The notes under the pieces were generated by a model that was not told the origin of the DNA, did no database searches, and was given only the letters and a program-made list of their open reading frames with translations. 64,000 bases of DNA from an uncultured Chloroflexia bacterium (GTDB lineage Bacteria; Chloroflexota; Limnocylindria; Limnocylindrales; CSP1-4): NCBI GenBank assembly GCA_963828165.1, contig CAWHDR010000005.1, positions 210,550 to 274,549 on the forward strand, given 5' to 3'. How positions within the stretch are numbered: position 1 is the first letter of the stretch; each line of letters starts with the position of its first letter. Made by a program: the position numbers and the translations under genes. This document shows, piece after piece, positions 10,029 to 19,869 of the stretch.

Positions 10029-11111
10029 ATGCGCCGACCCCCTGAACGTCGGGTCGTCCTCGCGGACGTCGCCCGGCTCGCCGACACCTCCGAGGCGACG
10101 GCGTCGCGCGCCCTCAAGCACGATCCCAGGATCGGCGAGGCGACCCGCGCCGCCGTGCATGCCGCAGCCGCAAAGCTCGGCTACGTCCCCAATGCCGCGG
10201 CTCGCAGCCTGCGGGCGCAACGCACCCACATCCTGGGGATCCTGCTCGACGACCTTGCCGACCCGGTCCACGCCAAGGTCGCGGCGGGCTTCGAGGAAGC
10301 GGCCGCCAGCCAGGGCTACGCGGTCTTCATCATGACGGGTCTGCACGACGGGGCCCGCGAACAGCGGGCATTGACGGCCTTCGTCGAGCACCGCGCCGAC
10401 GGGATCATCGTCGCATCCTGCGTCAGCGACCCTGCCGACGTGCTGGCCCGGGTCCGGGCCGATCGCGTGGTCTTCGTCCAGCCGGACTACCCGGCCCTCG
10501 CCGACGGCGCCGAGCCGCCAGCTCGCGGCGTCGTCCGGACGGACGACCGCGCGGGAGTGGCTGCGACCGTGCGACACCTCGCCGAACGTGGGTACCGGCG
10601 CCTGAGTTATGCCGGCCCGAGCGGCTGGTCCTCCAATGCGTGGCGGCGTGCAGCCGCCACCGCCACCGTCGAGGAGCTCGGACTCGGACCGCTCCGCTTC
10701 ATCGACGTCGCCGTGGACGCCTGGCGGGATGCGTCGGGCCTGGCCCTGACCCTCGCCGCCGAGCCTCCCGACGCCGTGCTGTGCTACGACGACAAGCTCG
10801 CCCTCGGCCTGCTCGACGCGCTGCGCTCGACGAGCCTGGCGGTGCCCGAGGACCTGGCGGTGGTTGGCTTCGACGGGATCCCGGCGGCTCGTCAGTCCTG
10901 GCCACGGCTGACGACCGTGGAGGTCCCATCCGTGGAGGTCGGCCGACACGCGGTCGAGATGTTGATCTCGTCGGTGCGCGATGGCCGGATGCCGGCCTCG
11001 GAGGTCCTCCCGGTGAGCCTGGTGGTCGGCGACAGCACGCCGCCGCGCGCTCCGCGGAGCGACGGCCGCAGCGGGCGGGCGGCGGTCGCCAGCACCCCCG
11101 GACGCGGATGA
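10029..11111 (+). CDS. LacI family transcriptional regulator
   Basis: LADVARLADTSEATASRAL HTH, YVPNAAARSL hinge, VVGFDG. Confidence 0.95.
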   Translation: MRRPPERRVVLADVARLADTSEATASRALKHDPRIGEATRAAVHAAAAKLGYVPNAAARSLRAQRTHILGILLDDLADPVHAKVAAGFEEAAASQGYAVFIMTGLHDGAREQRALTAFVEHRADGIIVASCVSDPADVLARVRADRVVFVQPDYPALADGAEPPARGVVRTDDRAGVAATVRHLAERGYRRLSYAGPSGWSSNAWRRAAATATVEELGLGPLRFIDVAVDAWRDASGLALTLAAEPPDAVLCYDDKLALGLLDALRSTSLAVPEDLAVVGFDGIPAARQSWPRLTTVEVPSVEVGRHAVEMLISSVRDGRMPASEVLPVSLVVGDSTPPRAPRSDGRSGRAAVASTPGRG

Positions 11112-12262
11112 CCGGGCCCGGCGCCGCACCCGCGATCGAGCTCGTCAACGTGACGAAGCGCTACGGCGAGGCCGTCGCGCTCGATGGCGTCTCGCTCCAG
11201 ATCGAGTCGGGCGAGTTCTTCTGCCTGCTGGGCCCGTCCGGGTGCGGGAAGACCACCACGCTCAACCTGATCGGCGGGTTCATCCCGCTCACGTCTGGCG
11301 AGCTGCACATCGACGGGCAGCGGGTCAACGACCTGCCCCCGCACCAGCGCGACGTGAACACCGTGTTCCAGAACTACGCGCTCTTCCCGCACATGTCCGT
11401 CGCCGACAACGTCGCGTTCGGGCTGCGGATGGAAAGCCTGCCGGACGACGAGATCGGCCGGCGCGTCGGCGAGTACCTCGAGCTGGTCGGCCTGGCCGAA
11501 TACCGCGACCGGTACCCAGGCCAGCTGTCGGGTGGACAGGCGCAGCGGGTCGCCCTTGCCCGGGCGCTCGCGAAGCGACCGACCGTCCTGCTCCTCGACG
11601 AGCCGCTGGGAGCGCTCGATCTCAAGCTCCGCAAGCAGATGCAGGTCGAGCTGGCGCGGATCCACCGCCAGGTCGGTACGACCTTCGTGTTCGTGACCCA
11701 CGACCAGGAAGAGGCCCTCTCCATGGCGACGCGGATCGCGGTCATGGCCGGCGGCCATGTTCGCCAGATCGGGACGCCGCGTGAGATCTACCTGGGGCCG
11801 GTCGACCGGTTCGTCGCCGACTTCATCGGCGAATCGAACTTCCTCGACGGTCGCGTCGCCTCGAACGGCCAGGGACCCGCCTTCCAGCTGAGCGACGGGA
11901 CGGTCGTCCCCATCCCGACGGAGGCCGGAGGGACGCAGGACGATCGAGTGGCGTTGATGATCCGGCCCGAGTCGGTCGGCGTCGGCCGGGCGGCGCCTCG
12001 CGGAACGACGCCGAACGTCGTCATCGACGGCCGGGCAACGAACGTCGCATTCATGGGTAACCACACCAGGATCACGGTCCAGACCGACGCCGGGATCCTC
12101 GTCGCGCTTCGGTTCCATGGCGAGTCGGACGAGCAGGCTGTCGAGGAGGAGATGTTGGATCAAGAGGTGCACGTTTGGTGGGATCCGCGCGAATCAACGG
12201 TCGTCGCAGCCGGCGACCTTCGGGGATCGAAGGAAGAGTCTCGAGGAGGTCCTGAGGGATGA
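11108..12262 (+). CDS. ABC transporter ATP-binding protein, PotA-like
   Basis: GPSGCGKTT, FQNYALFPH, LSGGQ and LLDEP motifs, TOBE-like C-terminus. Confidence 0.92.
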   Translation: MTGPGAAPAIELVNVTKRYGEAVALDGVSLQIESGEFFCLLGPSGCGKTTTLNLIGGFIPLTSGELHIDGQRVNDLPPHQRDVNTVFQNYALFPHMSVADNVAFGLRMESLPDDEIGRRVGEYLELVGLAEYRDRYPGQLSGGQAQRVALARALAKRPTVLLLDEPLGALDLKLRKQMQVELARIHRQVGTTFVFVTHDQEEALSMATRIAVMAGGHVRQIGTPREIYLGPVDRFVADFIGESNFLDGRVASNGQGPAFQLSDGTVVPIPTEAGGTQDDRVALMIRPESVGVGRAAPRGTTPNVVIDGRATNVAFMGNHTRITVQTDAGILVALRFHGESDEQAVEEEMLDQEVHVWWDPRESTVVAAGDLRGSKEESRGGPEG

Positions 12263-13377
12263 ACGCGATCGACAATCAACTGTCACGGCGTCGATTTCTC
12301 CAGGCGTCGGCGGCCGTCGGAGCCGCAGTCTCGCTGGGCGGGATCAGCGCCGCCTGCAATGCCATCGGCGGGCCGGCGGTGACGGGTGGGACGTTCAACT
12401 GGATGACCTGGGGCGACCACTACATCGACACGCAGCTCAAGGCCATCGAAACGTCCGACAAGATCGTGGCCCAGATCAGTGAGCTCGCCGGCAACGCCGA
12501 GGGGTTCGCCAAGCTGAAGGAGGTCAAGGGCGAGCTGGACATGATCTCGGGCGACGCCCTGTGGGTGCCCGATGCCTACTTCGCCGAAGGGCTCATCGAG
12601 CCGTTCGACATCGGCTCGCTGAAGGTCTCCTCCCAGCTGTACTCGTTCGCGCGGGAGTTCGACATCTGGACGACACCCGACGGCTACCTCGGCTACCCGT
12701 TCGGCTGGTCGCCGATCAGCATCTACTACAACGTGGCTGAGGTCAGCCCGGCACCCGACTCGTGGGCCGTGCTCCTCGATCCCAAGTACAAGGGGCGCAT
12801 CGTCATCGAGAACCAGCCCGAAGAGATCGTCGCGTACATGGGCAAGGCCTCCGGCGTCGACGACGTCTACAACATGACCGACGACCAGCTCGCGACGGTC
12901 AAAGGACTGCTCGAACAGCTCAAGCCCAACGTGCTGAAGTTCGCGCAGCAGGCCACCGACAGCGTCAACGCCATGACGACCGGAGAGGCGTGGCTCATCA
13001 CCGGCAACCTCGGCAACGAGGACCGGGTGAAGGACGCCGGAGGGCCGGAGATCAAGGGCTTCATCCCCAAGGAAGGCACCGTCGGCTGGATGGATGCCGA
13101 GATGATCGTCAAGGACGGTGCCAACAAGGCGCTGCTCTTCCCGTACCTGGAGAAGGCCGAGGTGGCCGAGAACATCGCCGCCAACTTCATCACTCATGGC
13201 CGACCACTCTTCAACGAGGCGGCCTACCAGGTCCTGGTCAATCAGGGTGAGCAGGACCGTGCCGACCGGTATCTCTACAACAAGGCCGAAGAGACCCTGG
13301 CCAAGACGACCCTGAAGGGCCCCGGTACCTCGACCGAGAAGTCGATCCAGCTCTTCAACGAAGTCTTCGGAGCGTAG
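12259..13377 (+). CDS. PotD/PotF-like substrate-binding lipoprotein with Tat signal
   Basis: SRRRFLQ twin-arginine motif, SAAC lipobox-like, TWGDHY, PKEGTVGWMD. Confidence 0.85.
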   Translation: MNAIDNQLSRRRFLQASAAVGAAVSLGGISAACNAIGGPAVTGGTFNWMTWGDHYIDTQLKAIETSDKIVAQISELAGNAEGFAKLKEVKGELDMISGDALWVPDAYFAEGLIEPFDIGSLKVSSQLYSFAREFDIWTTPDGYLGYPFGWSPISIYYNVAEVSPAPDSWAVLLDPKYKGRIVIENQPEEIVAYMGKASGVDDVYNMTDDQLATVKGLLEQLKPNVLKFAQQATDSVNAMTTGEAWLITGNLGNEDRVKDAGGPEIKGFIPKEGTVGWMDAEMIVKDGANKALLFPYLEKAEVAENIAANFITHGRPLFNEAAYQVLVNQGEQDRADRYLYNKAEETLAKTTLKGPGTSTEKSIQLFNEVFGA

Positions 13378-13387
13378 TCCGCCGACC

Positions 13388-14305
13388 ATGGCGACCGAGA
13401 TCGTCGGCGGGACCGCACTGGCCCCGCCGACGGCGATCGGCTCGAGGCGGGGTGCCCGCCTGCGTCAGCTGGCGCCGTTCGTTCCGGCGGCGGTCATCAT
13501 CGTCGGCCTGTTCCTGGTTCCCCTTGCCTTGATGTTCGCGTTCTCGTTCTGGTCGACGGACGAGAATCTCGATGTCATCCCCGTCTGGACGCTCGAGAAC
13601 TACCAGAACTTCTTCACGAACCCGACCTACGTCCGAACGCTCTTCAAGACCATGGTGATCGGGACCGGGGTCACCGCCGTGTGTCTCGCCGTCGCGTTCG
13701 CCGTCGCCTACTTCCTGGCTCGCTACGTTTCGCGGCAGTGGGCGCGGATCGCCCTCCTCGTGATCATCGTCCCGTTCTGGACGAGCTACCTGCTTCGCGT
13801 GTACTCATGGCAGGCGATCCTGGGTGAGCGCGGCGCCCTCAACCAGGTCCTCGTGGGGCTCGGGATCATCGATGAGCCGTCACTGCTGTTCGTCTACAAC
13901 GACTTCGGGACATTCATCGTGCTGGTGTACCTGTACATCCCGTTCGCGGCCCTCGTCCTCTACGCGTCGCTCGAGCGGTTCGATTTCACGCAGCTGACGG
14001 CAGCGCAGGACCTCGGAGCGAGCCCGGTCGCCGCGTTCCGACACGTGCTGCTGCCGCAGATCCGGCCGGGCCTGATCACGGCCTGCATCTTCGTCTTCAT
14101 CCCGATCCTGGGCGAGTTCCTGACGCCCTCGATGGTCGGGGGCGCCCAGGGCCTGCTGATCGCCAACCTCCTGGCCAACTTCTTCAAGAACGCGCTCATC
14201 CCCGAGGGTGCGGCCGTGGGATTCCTGATCGCGGCATTCGTCACGGTGCTGCTGATCGTGTTCCGTCGTTACCTCCGGGTCGAGGACGTGGTGGTCCGTG
14301 GCTAA
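13388..14305 (+). CDS. ABC permease, PotB-like
   Basis: PFWTSYLLRVYSW, AAQDLGA EAA loop, hydrophobic helices. Confidence 0.92.
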   Translation: MATEIVGGTALAPPTAIGSRRGARLRQLAPFVPAAVIIVGLFLVPLALMFAFSFWSTDENLDVIPVWTLENYQNFFTNPTYVRTLFKTMVIGTGVTAVCLAVAFAVAYFLARYVSRQWARIALLVIIVPFWTSYLLRVYSWQAILGERGALNQVLVGLGIIDEPSLLFVYNDFGTFIVLVYLYIPFAALVLYASLERFDFTQLTAAQDLGASPVAAFRHVLLPQIRPGLITACIFVFIPILGEFLTPSMVGGAQGLLIANLLANFFKNALIPEGAAVGFLIAAFVTVLLIVFRRYLRVEDVVVRG

Positions 14306-15161
14306 CCGGGTCGATCCGCTCGAGACGATGCCCGTCAGCCGCCACGGGGGCACGGTGCGTTGGTCGTTGCGGCTGGTCTTCGGGGCATTGATCGTGTTCC
14401 TGTACCTGCCGATCGTCTTCATGATCGTCTTCTCGTTCGACGAGGGCGCCACTCCGGGCCTGCCGATCACGGGCTTCACGCTCCACTGGTACGAGGCGAT
14501 GCTCAACAACCGGGTCCTGCTCCGGGCGGTGGGCAATTCGGTCATCGTGGCCGTCATCGTCTCGATCCTGGCGACGATCATCGGGACGATGGCCGCCTTC
14601 GTCCTGGTCCGCGCCCGCGTCCGCTTTCCGAACGCCATGCGGATCGCATTCACCCTTCCGATCATGGTCCCAGGCGTCCTGATCGGCGTGTCGTTGCTGA
14701 TCTACTTCGCGCGGGTGCTGGACCTGTCCCTGTCGCTGGCGACCGTGATCGCCGGGCACCTCGTCGTCACCGTGCCGTTCGTGGTCCTCATCGTCGCCAG
14801 CCGGCTGCAAAGCTTCGACCGGTACCTCGAGTGGGCAGCCGCGGACCTTGGGGCGTCACCCCGCCAGGCGATCCGGCACATCGTGCTGCCGCTCATCGCC
14901 CCGGCGATCCTGGCCGGCGCGCTCATCAGCGTGACGCTGTCGATCGACGAGTTCGTCATCACCTGGTTCACGGTCGGCTCCCAGCCCACCCTGCCGACCT
15001 TCATCTACACCAGGGTGAAGTTCGGAGTCACCCCGGAAGTCAACGCCGTTGCCACGGTCATGCTGGTCGCGACCCTCGGGACGCTCGGTCTGGCCGGGGT
15101 CGCGCTGGGACGCGCCCGGCGCGTGACCGGGCGGATGCGGCGGCGGCGGCAAGCCCCCTGA
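14298..15161 (+). CDS. ABC permease, PotC-like
   Basis: FLYLPI, LEWAAADLGA and SIDEF motifs. Confidence 0.92.
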   Translation: MANRVDPLETMPVSRHGGTVRWSLRLVFGALIVFLYLPIVFMIVFSFDEGATPGLPITGFTLHWYEAMLNNRVLLRAVGNSVIVAVIVSILATIIGTMAAFVLVRARVRFPNAMRIAFTLPIMVPGVLIGVSLLIYFARVLDLSLSLATVIAGHLVVTVPFVVLIVASRLQSFDRYLEWAAADLGASPRQAIRHIVLPLIAPAILAGALISVTLSIDEFVITWFTVGSQPTLPTFIYTRVKFGVTPEVNAVATVMLVATLGTLGLAGVALGRARRVTGRMRRRRQAP

Positions 15162-16189
15162 TGCGGGCCGCGGTCTTCAAGGGCGCCGGCGTCCTCGCGC
15201 TCGAGGACGTCCCGGAGCCGGTCGTCGAGGCGGACGATGACGTGATCATCGAAGTCGAGGCGTGCGGGATCTGTGGCAGCGACCTCCAGATCCTCAACGT
15301 CCCGCCGGGTCACCCGGCGGACCCCGGCGTGATCCTGGGTCATGAGTTCATCGGCCGCGTCCGCGCGTTGGGAAGCAGCGCGGGTGCCGGCGCGCTCGAG
15401 GTCGGCCAGCGCGTCGTCGTCGACCCCGACCCAAAGTGCGGCATGTGCGGTCCGTGCCGCGCGGGACGCCCGGCCAGCTGCGAGAACATCCGCGCGCTGG
15501 GCGTCTTCCAGCATGGCGCACTGGCGCCGCTGATCAAGGCGCCGGCCGAGTTCACGTTCCCGCTCTCGGACGCGCCGTCGTCGGCGATCGCGTCGCTCAT
15601 CGAGCCGCTGGCGTGCGTGGTCAACAGTGTCAACAAGGCGAACCCACGGCCTGGTGAGTCGGCGATCATCTTCGGCGCGGGTGCGATCGGCTGCCTCTTC
15701 CTGGCGATGTTCAAGGCGGCCGGCGCAGCCCCGGTCATCGTGGTCGAGCCGCAGGCCCCACGCGCGGCCGTCGCGAGGGCGGTCGGAGCGGACCTCGTGG
15801 TCACGCCGGACGAGCTGGACGCCGCTCGCCGTGCGCTCTTGCCGCATGGCGCGGATGTCATCGTCGATGCCGTGGGCAGCCAGCTCGGGACGGCCATCGA
15901 ACACGCGGCTCTCGGCGGGCGCATCGCCCTGTTCGGGATGAACCAGACGGCTCGACCAGCGGTCGAGCAGTACACGATCACCGAGCGCTCGCTGTCGGTC
16001 CTCGGCACCTACATCACGGCCTTCACCTTCCCGACCGCGATCCGGCTGGTGGAGGGCGGCACGCTGCCGCTGGAGCCGATCGTGACGCATGTCCTGCCGC
16101 TGGACCGCGTGAGTGAGGGGCTCGAGCTGTTGCGCTCCGGGACGGCGACCAAGGTGGTCATCACGCCCGCCGCTGCATCGGCTTCGTGA
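15161..16189 (+). CDS. Zn-dependent medium-chain alcohol/polyol dehydrogenase
   Basis: GICGSD, GHEFIG, CxxCxxC...C structural Zn site, EPLAC, GAGAIG. Confidence 0.92.
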   Translation: MRAAVFKGAGVLALEDVPEPVVEADDDVIIEVEACGICGSDLQILNVPPGHPADPGVILGHEFIGRVRALGSSAGAGALEVGQRVVVDPDPKCGMCGPCRAGRPASCENIRALGVFQHGALAPLIKAPAEFTFPLSDAPSSAIASLIEPLACVVNSVNKANPRPGESAIIFGAGAIGCLFLAMFKAAGAAPVIVVEPQAPRAAVARAVGADLVVTPDELDAARRALLPHGADVIVDAVGSQLGTAIEHAALGGRIALFGMNQTARPAVEQYTITERSLSVLGTYITAFTFPTAIRLVEGGTLPLEPIVTHVLPLDRVSEGLELLRSGTATKVVITPAAASAS

Positions 16190-16206
16190 GCGCGCGGATC
16201 CTGGAG

Positions 16207-16268
16207 TCAGCCTCCAGGCGGCCGTCCGGGGGGCCGCCCGGTTCAGGCGCTCCGTCCTGAACGGCTGA
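16207..16268. terminator. Branched inverted-repeat structure between convergent genes (putative terminator)
   Basis: TCAGCC/GGCTGA closes two hairpins, GGCGGCC/GGCCGCC and GTTCAGG/CCTGAAC; no U-tract. Confidence 0.4.
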
Positions 16269-16275
16269 GCGCCGG

Positions 16276-17586
16276 TCAGGCGGGGATCGGCGGCGCCCCG
16301 ACCGTCTCCATGATCCGCTCGGGATCCGCGAGCACCTCGCGGATGGTCGCTGCGTAGGCCTCGATCACCTCCATTGGCTGGACGAAGATCGGGTGCTTCA
16401 TGTCGCAGATCACGAGCGACGAATCGAGCAGTGCCGTCGCCTCCGGGTAGTCCGCGACGTCATACGTGATGTCGCGGCCGGCCGGGGGCTGGGTCCACGG
16501 GAACTGGCCGCCGAAGCCCTCGCGGTTCTGGAAGACCGGGAAGGCCGGCGCCGGTTCGGTATGCCACAGCTCACAGCCGACGCCGAGCGCCTGCAGGGTC
16601 TGGCCGAGCGCATCCCGGAAGACGGTGGGCTCGAGGTGACCGAGACCGATCGCGGCGGGATCCAGGCGAACGCGGTACTCGTAGAAGCTCGATGTTCGAT
16701 CCGGCGGGATGTACGGCGGCGTGATGCCCGGCAGGTCTGTCAGCTGCTCGGTCAGGTACGCGGCGTTCCGCTGACCAGTGGCGACGTACTCAGGCAGGCG
16801 CTGCAGCTGCGAGCGCGCCAACGCCGCGGGCATCTCCTGGTGGCGATAGTTCCAGCCGACCGAATGCACCGTGTAGGGCCGGAAGTTCCAGCCGGTCAGC
16901 TTGCCGAGCTCCGGGATGTCCTCGCCGAACGTGCGCAGCCGCCGCGCCCGCTGGATGATGTCCGGATCGTCGGCGACGAACAGGCCGCCCTCGCCACCGG
17001 TCAGGATCTTGCTCGAGTTCAAGCTGTAACAGCCGACCGTGCCCATGGACCCGACCTGGCGTCCCTTGTACGTGGCGCCGTGCGCCTGGCAGGCATCCTC
17101 GACGACGTGGAGCCCGTGTCGGCCGGCGATGTCCAGGATCTCGTCCATGTCGCAGGGCAGGCCCTGGATGTGGACCGCGATGATCGCCCGGGTCCGCGGG
17201 CTGATCTTGGCCTCGATCTGGCGGGCGTCGAGCGTGTACGTCCGCGGATCGATGTCGACGAAGACGGGGATGCCGAGCTGCTGGAGGATCGGTTGCCACG
17301 TCCCGGCGAAGGTGAACGAGGTCGTGATGACCTCGTCGCCCGGCCGCAGGTCGATGCCGTAGAGAGCGGCATGGATCGCGGCCGTTCCGGAGTTGAAGAG
17401 GAGACCGGTGGAGCGCCCGACGAACGCGGCCCATTCGTTCTCGAGGGCCGTCGATTCTGGCGCGCCGACGCCACCGAGGATCTCACGGTCGAGCACCGCC
17501 ATGACCGCGGCCTTGTCCTCAGGGCGGATGTCGGGCCAGCGGCGCTTCAGCCCCTCGGGGACACGGGTGCCGTTGCGGGATTCCAT
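16276..17586 (-). CDS. DegT/DnrJ/EryC1/StrS family PLP aminotransferase
   Basis: NSGTAAI, EDACQAHG, SLNSSKILTGGEGG (PLP Lys) and GWNYR motifs. Confidence 0.9.
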   Translation of the reverse strand: MESRNGTRVPEGLKRRWPDIRPEDKAAVMAVLDREILGGVGAPESTALENEWAAFVGRSTGLLFNSGTAAIHAALYGIDLRPGDEVITTSFTFAGTWQPILQQLGIPVFVDIDPRTYTLDARQIEAKISPRTRAIIAVHIQGLPCDMDEILDIAGRHGLHVVEDACQAHGATYKGRQVGSMGTVGCYSLNSSKILTGGEGGLFVADDPDIIQRARRLRTFGEDIPELGKLTGWNFRPYTVHSVGWNYRHQEMPAALARSQLQRLPEYVATGQRNAAYLTEQLTDLPGITPPYIPPDRTSSFYEYRVRLDPAAIGLGHLEPTVFRDALGQTLQALGVGCELWHTEPAPAFPVFQNREGFGGQFPWTQPPAGRDITYDVADYPEATALLDSSLVICDMKHPIFVQPMEVIEAYAATIREVLADPERIMETVGAPPIPA

Positions 17587-17668
17587 GGGTGGGGGTCCGT
17601 TCTGGTGCGGCGTGACGGTCGCTCGATCGTACAGCACGGCGCCCTCGCAGAAGGGGCCGTCCCGCCCC

Positions 17669-18550
17669 TTACGCGGTTCCGTTCCGGCCGAACGGCAAGC
17701 GCGGATCGACCGCCTGATCCGCCCAGCTCGCGCGGACCCAGGCATGTGCCGGGTCGTCGCAGGCACGCCATTCGCGCTCGCCCGGTCCCGCCATCACGTT
17801 GAGGTAGTAGAGGTCGTATCCCGGGGCGGCCATCGCCGGGCCGTGCCAGCCGTGCGGGACCAGGACGACGTCGCCGGTCCGGACCGTCGTGAGCAGGTCG
17901 ATCGGGCGATCGGGCGTCCCGTAGACGTGCTGGTACGCGAGCCCGGGGCCCCCCGGACCATCCGCCACGACGTAGTGGTAGATCTCCTCGAGCTCGGTCT
18001 CGTCCGCGCGTTGCTCATCGTGCTTGTGGGGTGGATACGACCCCCAATTGCCGCCCGGGCTCAGCACTTCGACGGCGATGAGCCGGTCCGCATCGAATCC
18101 GTCCGGCCTGGCGAAGTTGCGGACCTCGCGGGAGCTGACACCCGCCCCGCGCAGCTCGATGCCGACCGCTGACGCCGGCACGTGGCGCACCGGATAGCGC
18201 GGCTCGGCGCGGGCGGTCGTGACCGCGAAACGGCCTCCCGCGGCGCTCTCGACGTGGATCGCCGTCCCCGGGGGCGCGTACAGGAAGTCGGTCGGGCCGG
18301 CCCACACGCTGGGCCGCCCGGCCAGGCCATAGCGCTCACCGTCGGCCACGACGTCGAACGTCCCCTCGAGCGGGAGCACGGCGACCTCGTCGACTCCGGT
18401 GTCGAACGCCAGCGAGCCGCCCGGTTCGAGGACACCGACGCGTAACCCCGAAAAGCTCCAGCCCGCCGACTCAGGTGTCAGGACCACAGACCAGCCGTCC
18501 GCCGCCAGCGATCCGGCGGGGCGGTAGAGGTCTGTCGCGACCTCGGTCAC
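17669..18550 (-). CDS. iolB: 5-deoxy-glucuronate isomerase
   Basis: GNWGSYPPHKHD, LEEIY, HGP and YYLNVMAG motifs. Confidence 0.95.
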   Translation of the reverse strand: MTEVATDLYRPAGSLAADGWSVVLTPESAGWSFSGLRVGVLEPGGSLAFDTGVDEVAVLPLEGTFDVVADGERYGLAGRPSVWAGPTDFLYAPPGTAIHVESAAGGRFAVTTARAEPRYPVRHVPASAVGIELRGAGVSSREVRNFARPDGFDADRLIAVEVLSPGGNWGSYPPHKHDEQRADETELEEIYHYVVADGPGGPGLAYQHVYGTPDRPIDLLTTVRTGDVVLVPHGWHGPAMAAPGYDLYYLNVMAGPGEREWRACDDPAHAWVRASWADQAVDPRLPFGRNGTA

Positions 18551-19677
18551 GACGGCGTCGCGAGATCCGGATTCGGGACGAGCGCGTCGGCGACGTGGTG
18601 GAGCAGATCGTGATACGACCCGACGAATGCCCGGAGCGTCCGAGCGCTGGGACCGAACGTATCGAACTCATCGGGCGTCATGCCATCGGGCTCGTAGGCG
18701 CGGACGAAATCCGGGAAGCGGCTTTGCAGCTCGTCGAGGATCGCCGGATGAATCGGGTCGTCCATCCGCGGCCGAACCTCGATCGACGATGCATTGAACC
18801 GGCGCTGCCAGGCGGCCGGCATGGTCAGCACGACGTCCCCGCCGATGAGCTCCGACCAATGCAGGTGGTGCCGGATCGCGGCCCCCAGCGGTCGGGCCCG
18901 GAGGCCGCGCGCCCGGAATTCGGCCACGGTGCGCTTGAAGACGGCGACGCCGGACCACGGGATAGCCGCTGGGTCCGCGACGATCCCATCACGTTCGGTC
19001 TGGACCTTCAGCCAGTCCTCGAGCCGGCCCATCATCACCGTGATGACCGGGCCCATGTCGTCCACCGGCAGGCCCTTGGCCTCGCGCCGTCGCAGACCGC
19101 GCTCGACGGCCTCGCCGGCCGCGACGGCCTGGGGGACGCTGAAGGACACCGTGGCGTTGACGTTGACACCGCGGTAGGTCGCCTCCTCCATGACCCGCAC
19201 CCCGACCATGGTGGCCGGGAACTTGACGATGATGTTGGGCGCCAGCGAGGCGAAGTGCTCCCCCTGAGCGAGCATCCGATCGAACGAGCGGAACAGGGTG
19301 GGATCGGTCTGCATCGACAGCCGGCCCCCCCGCCCCCCGGACGCCTCGAAGGCGGGCAAGAGCAGGGGCGCTGCGCGGAGCGACATCTCCTCGACGATCG
19401 CCCAGGCCAGATCGATCTCGGTGGCATCCGGGAGCTGTTCGGCGAGTGTCCGGACCCGGCCGCGCCAGCGCTCCGGATCGGCCTTCCAGACGTCCACCAC
19501 GATCGTCGGATTTGCGGTGGCGCCGACCGCCCCGAACGAGATCGCGTATTCAAGCTCGTCAACGGCGCAGGAATCGTTCCAGATGTCGGTTCCGGTCGTG
19601 GCGATCGTCCGCCCGAGCGGGCTGTCCGCGAGCGCCGACCCGGCGCCCTTGACCATCGTCTCCGCAGGCCCTGCCAC
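18547..19677 (-). CDS. Transaldolase-family class I aldolase
   Basis: WNDS, GATANPTI, VKFPAT (Schiff-base Lys), NATVSFS and GRLED motifs; GGAGG RBS before GTG. Confidence 0.85.
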   Translation of the reverse strand: MAGPAETMVKGAGSALADSPLGRTIATTGTDIWNDSCAVDELEYAISFGAVGATANPTIVVDVWKADPERWRGRVRTLAEQLPDATEIDLAWAIVEEMSLRAAPLLLPAFEASGGRGGRLSMQTDPTLFRSFDRMLAQGEHFASLAPNIIVKFPATMVGVRVMEEATYRGVNVNATVSFSVPQAVAAGEAVERGLRRREAKGLPVDDMGPVITVMMGRLEDWLKVQTERDGIVADPAAIPWSGVAVFKRTVAEFRARGLRARPLGAAIRHHLHWSELIGGDVVLTMPAAWQRRFNASSIEVRPRMDDPIHPAILDELQSRFPDFVRAYEPDGMTPDEFDTFGPSARTLRAFVGSYHDLLHHVADALVPNPDLATPS

Positions 19678-19702
19678 GTTCCATCCTCCCGCCGATCCGG
19701 CA

Positions 19703-19756
19703 TTGACACTCGTTGGGGCCTACGATACCGTCCGCGGACAAGCGTAATCGATTACG
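19703..19756 (+). promoter_or_regulatory. sigma70 promoter plus perfect LacI-type operator
   Basis: TTGACA (19703)-17 nt-TACCGT (19726); perfect palindrome CGTAATCGATTACG at 19743-19756 between divergent iol operons. Confidence 0.7.
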
Positions 19757-19869
19757 TCGCACGCGCAAGGAGGGGCGTTGACCCGGTCGTCAGCGCGTCG
19801 CGCAGGCACCAGCCTCCCGTCCGCGGCCGCACGCACGTCGGTCCCAAGCACGGCGGAGGGAGCCTGCGG

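Noticed and set aside
18475-19869. N-terminal extension of the 1133-aa ORF
   Set aside because: It is antisense to the transaldolase gene and crosses the promoter; the real start is ATG 19870.
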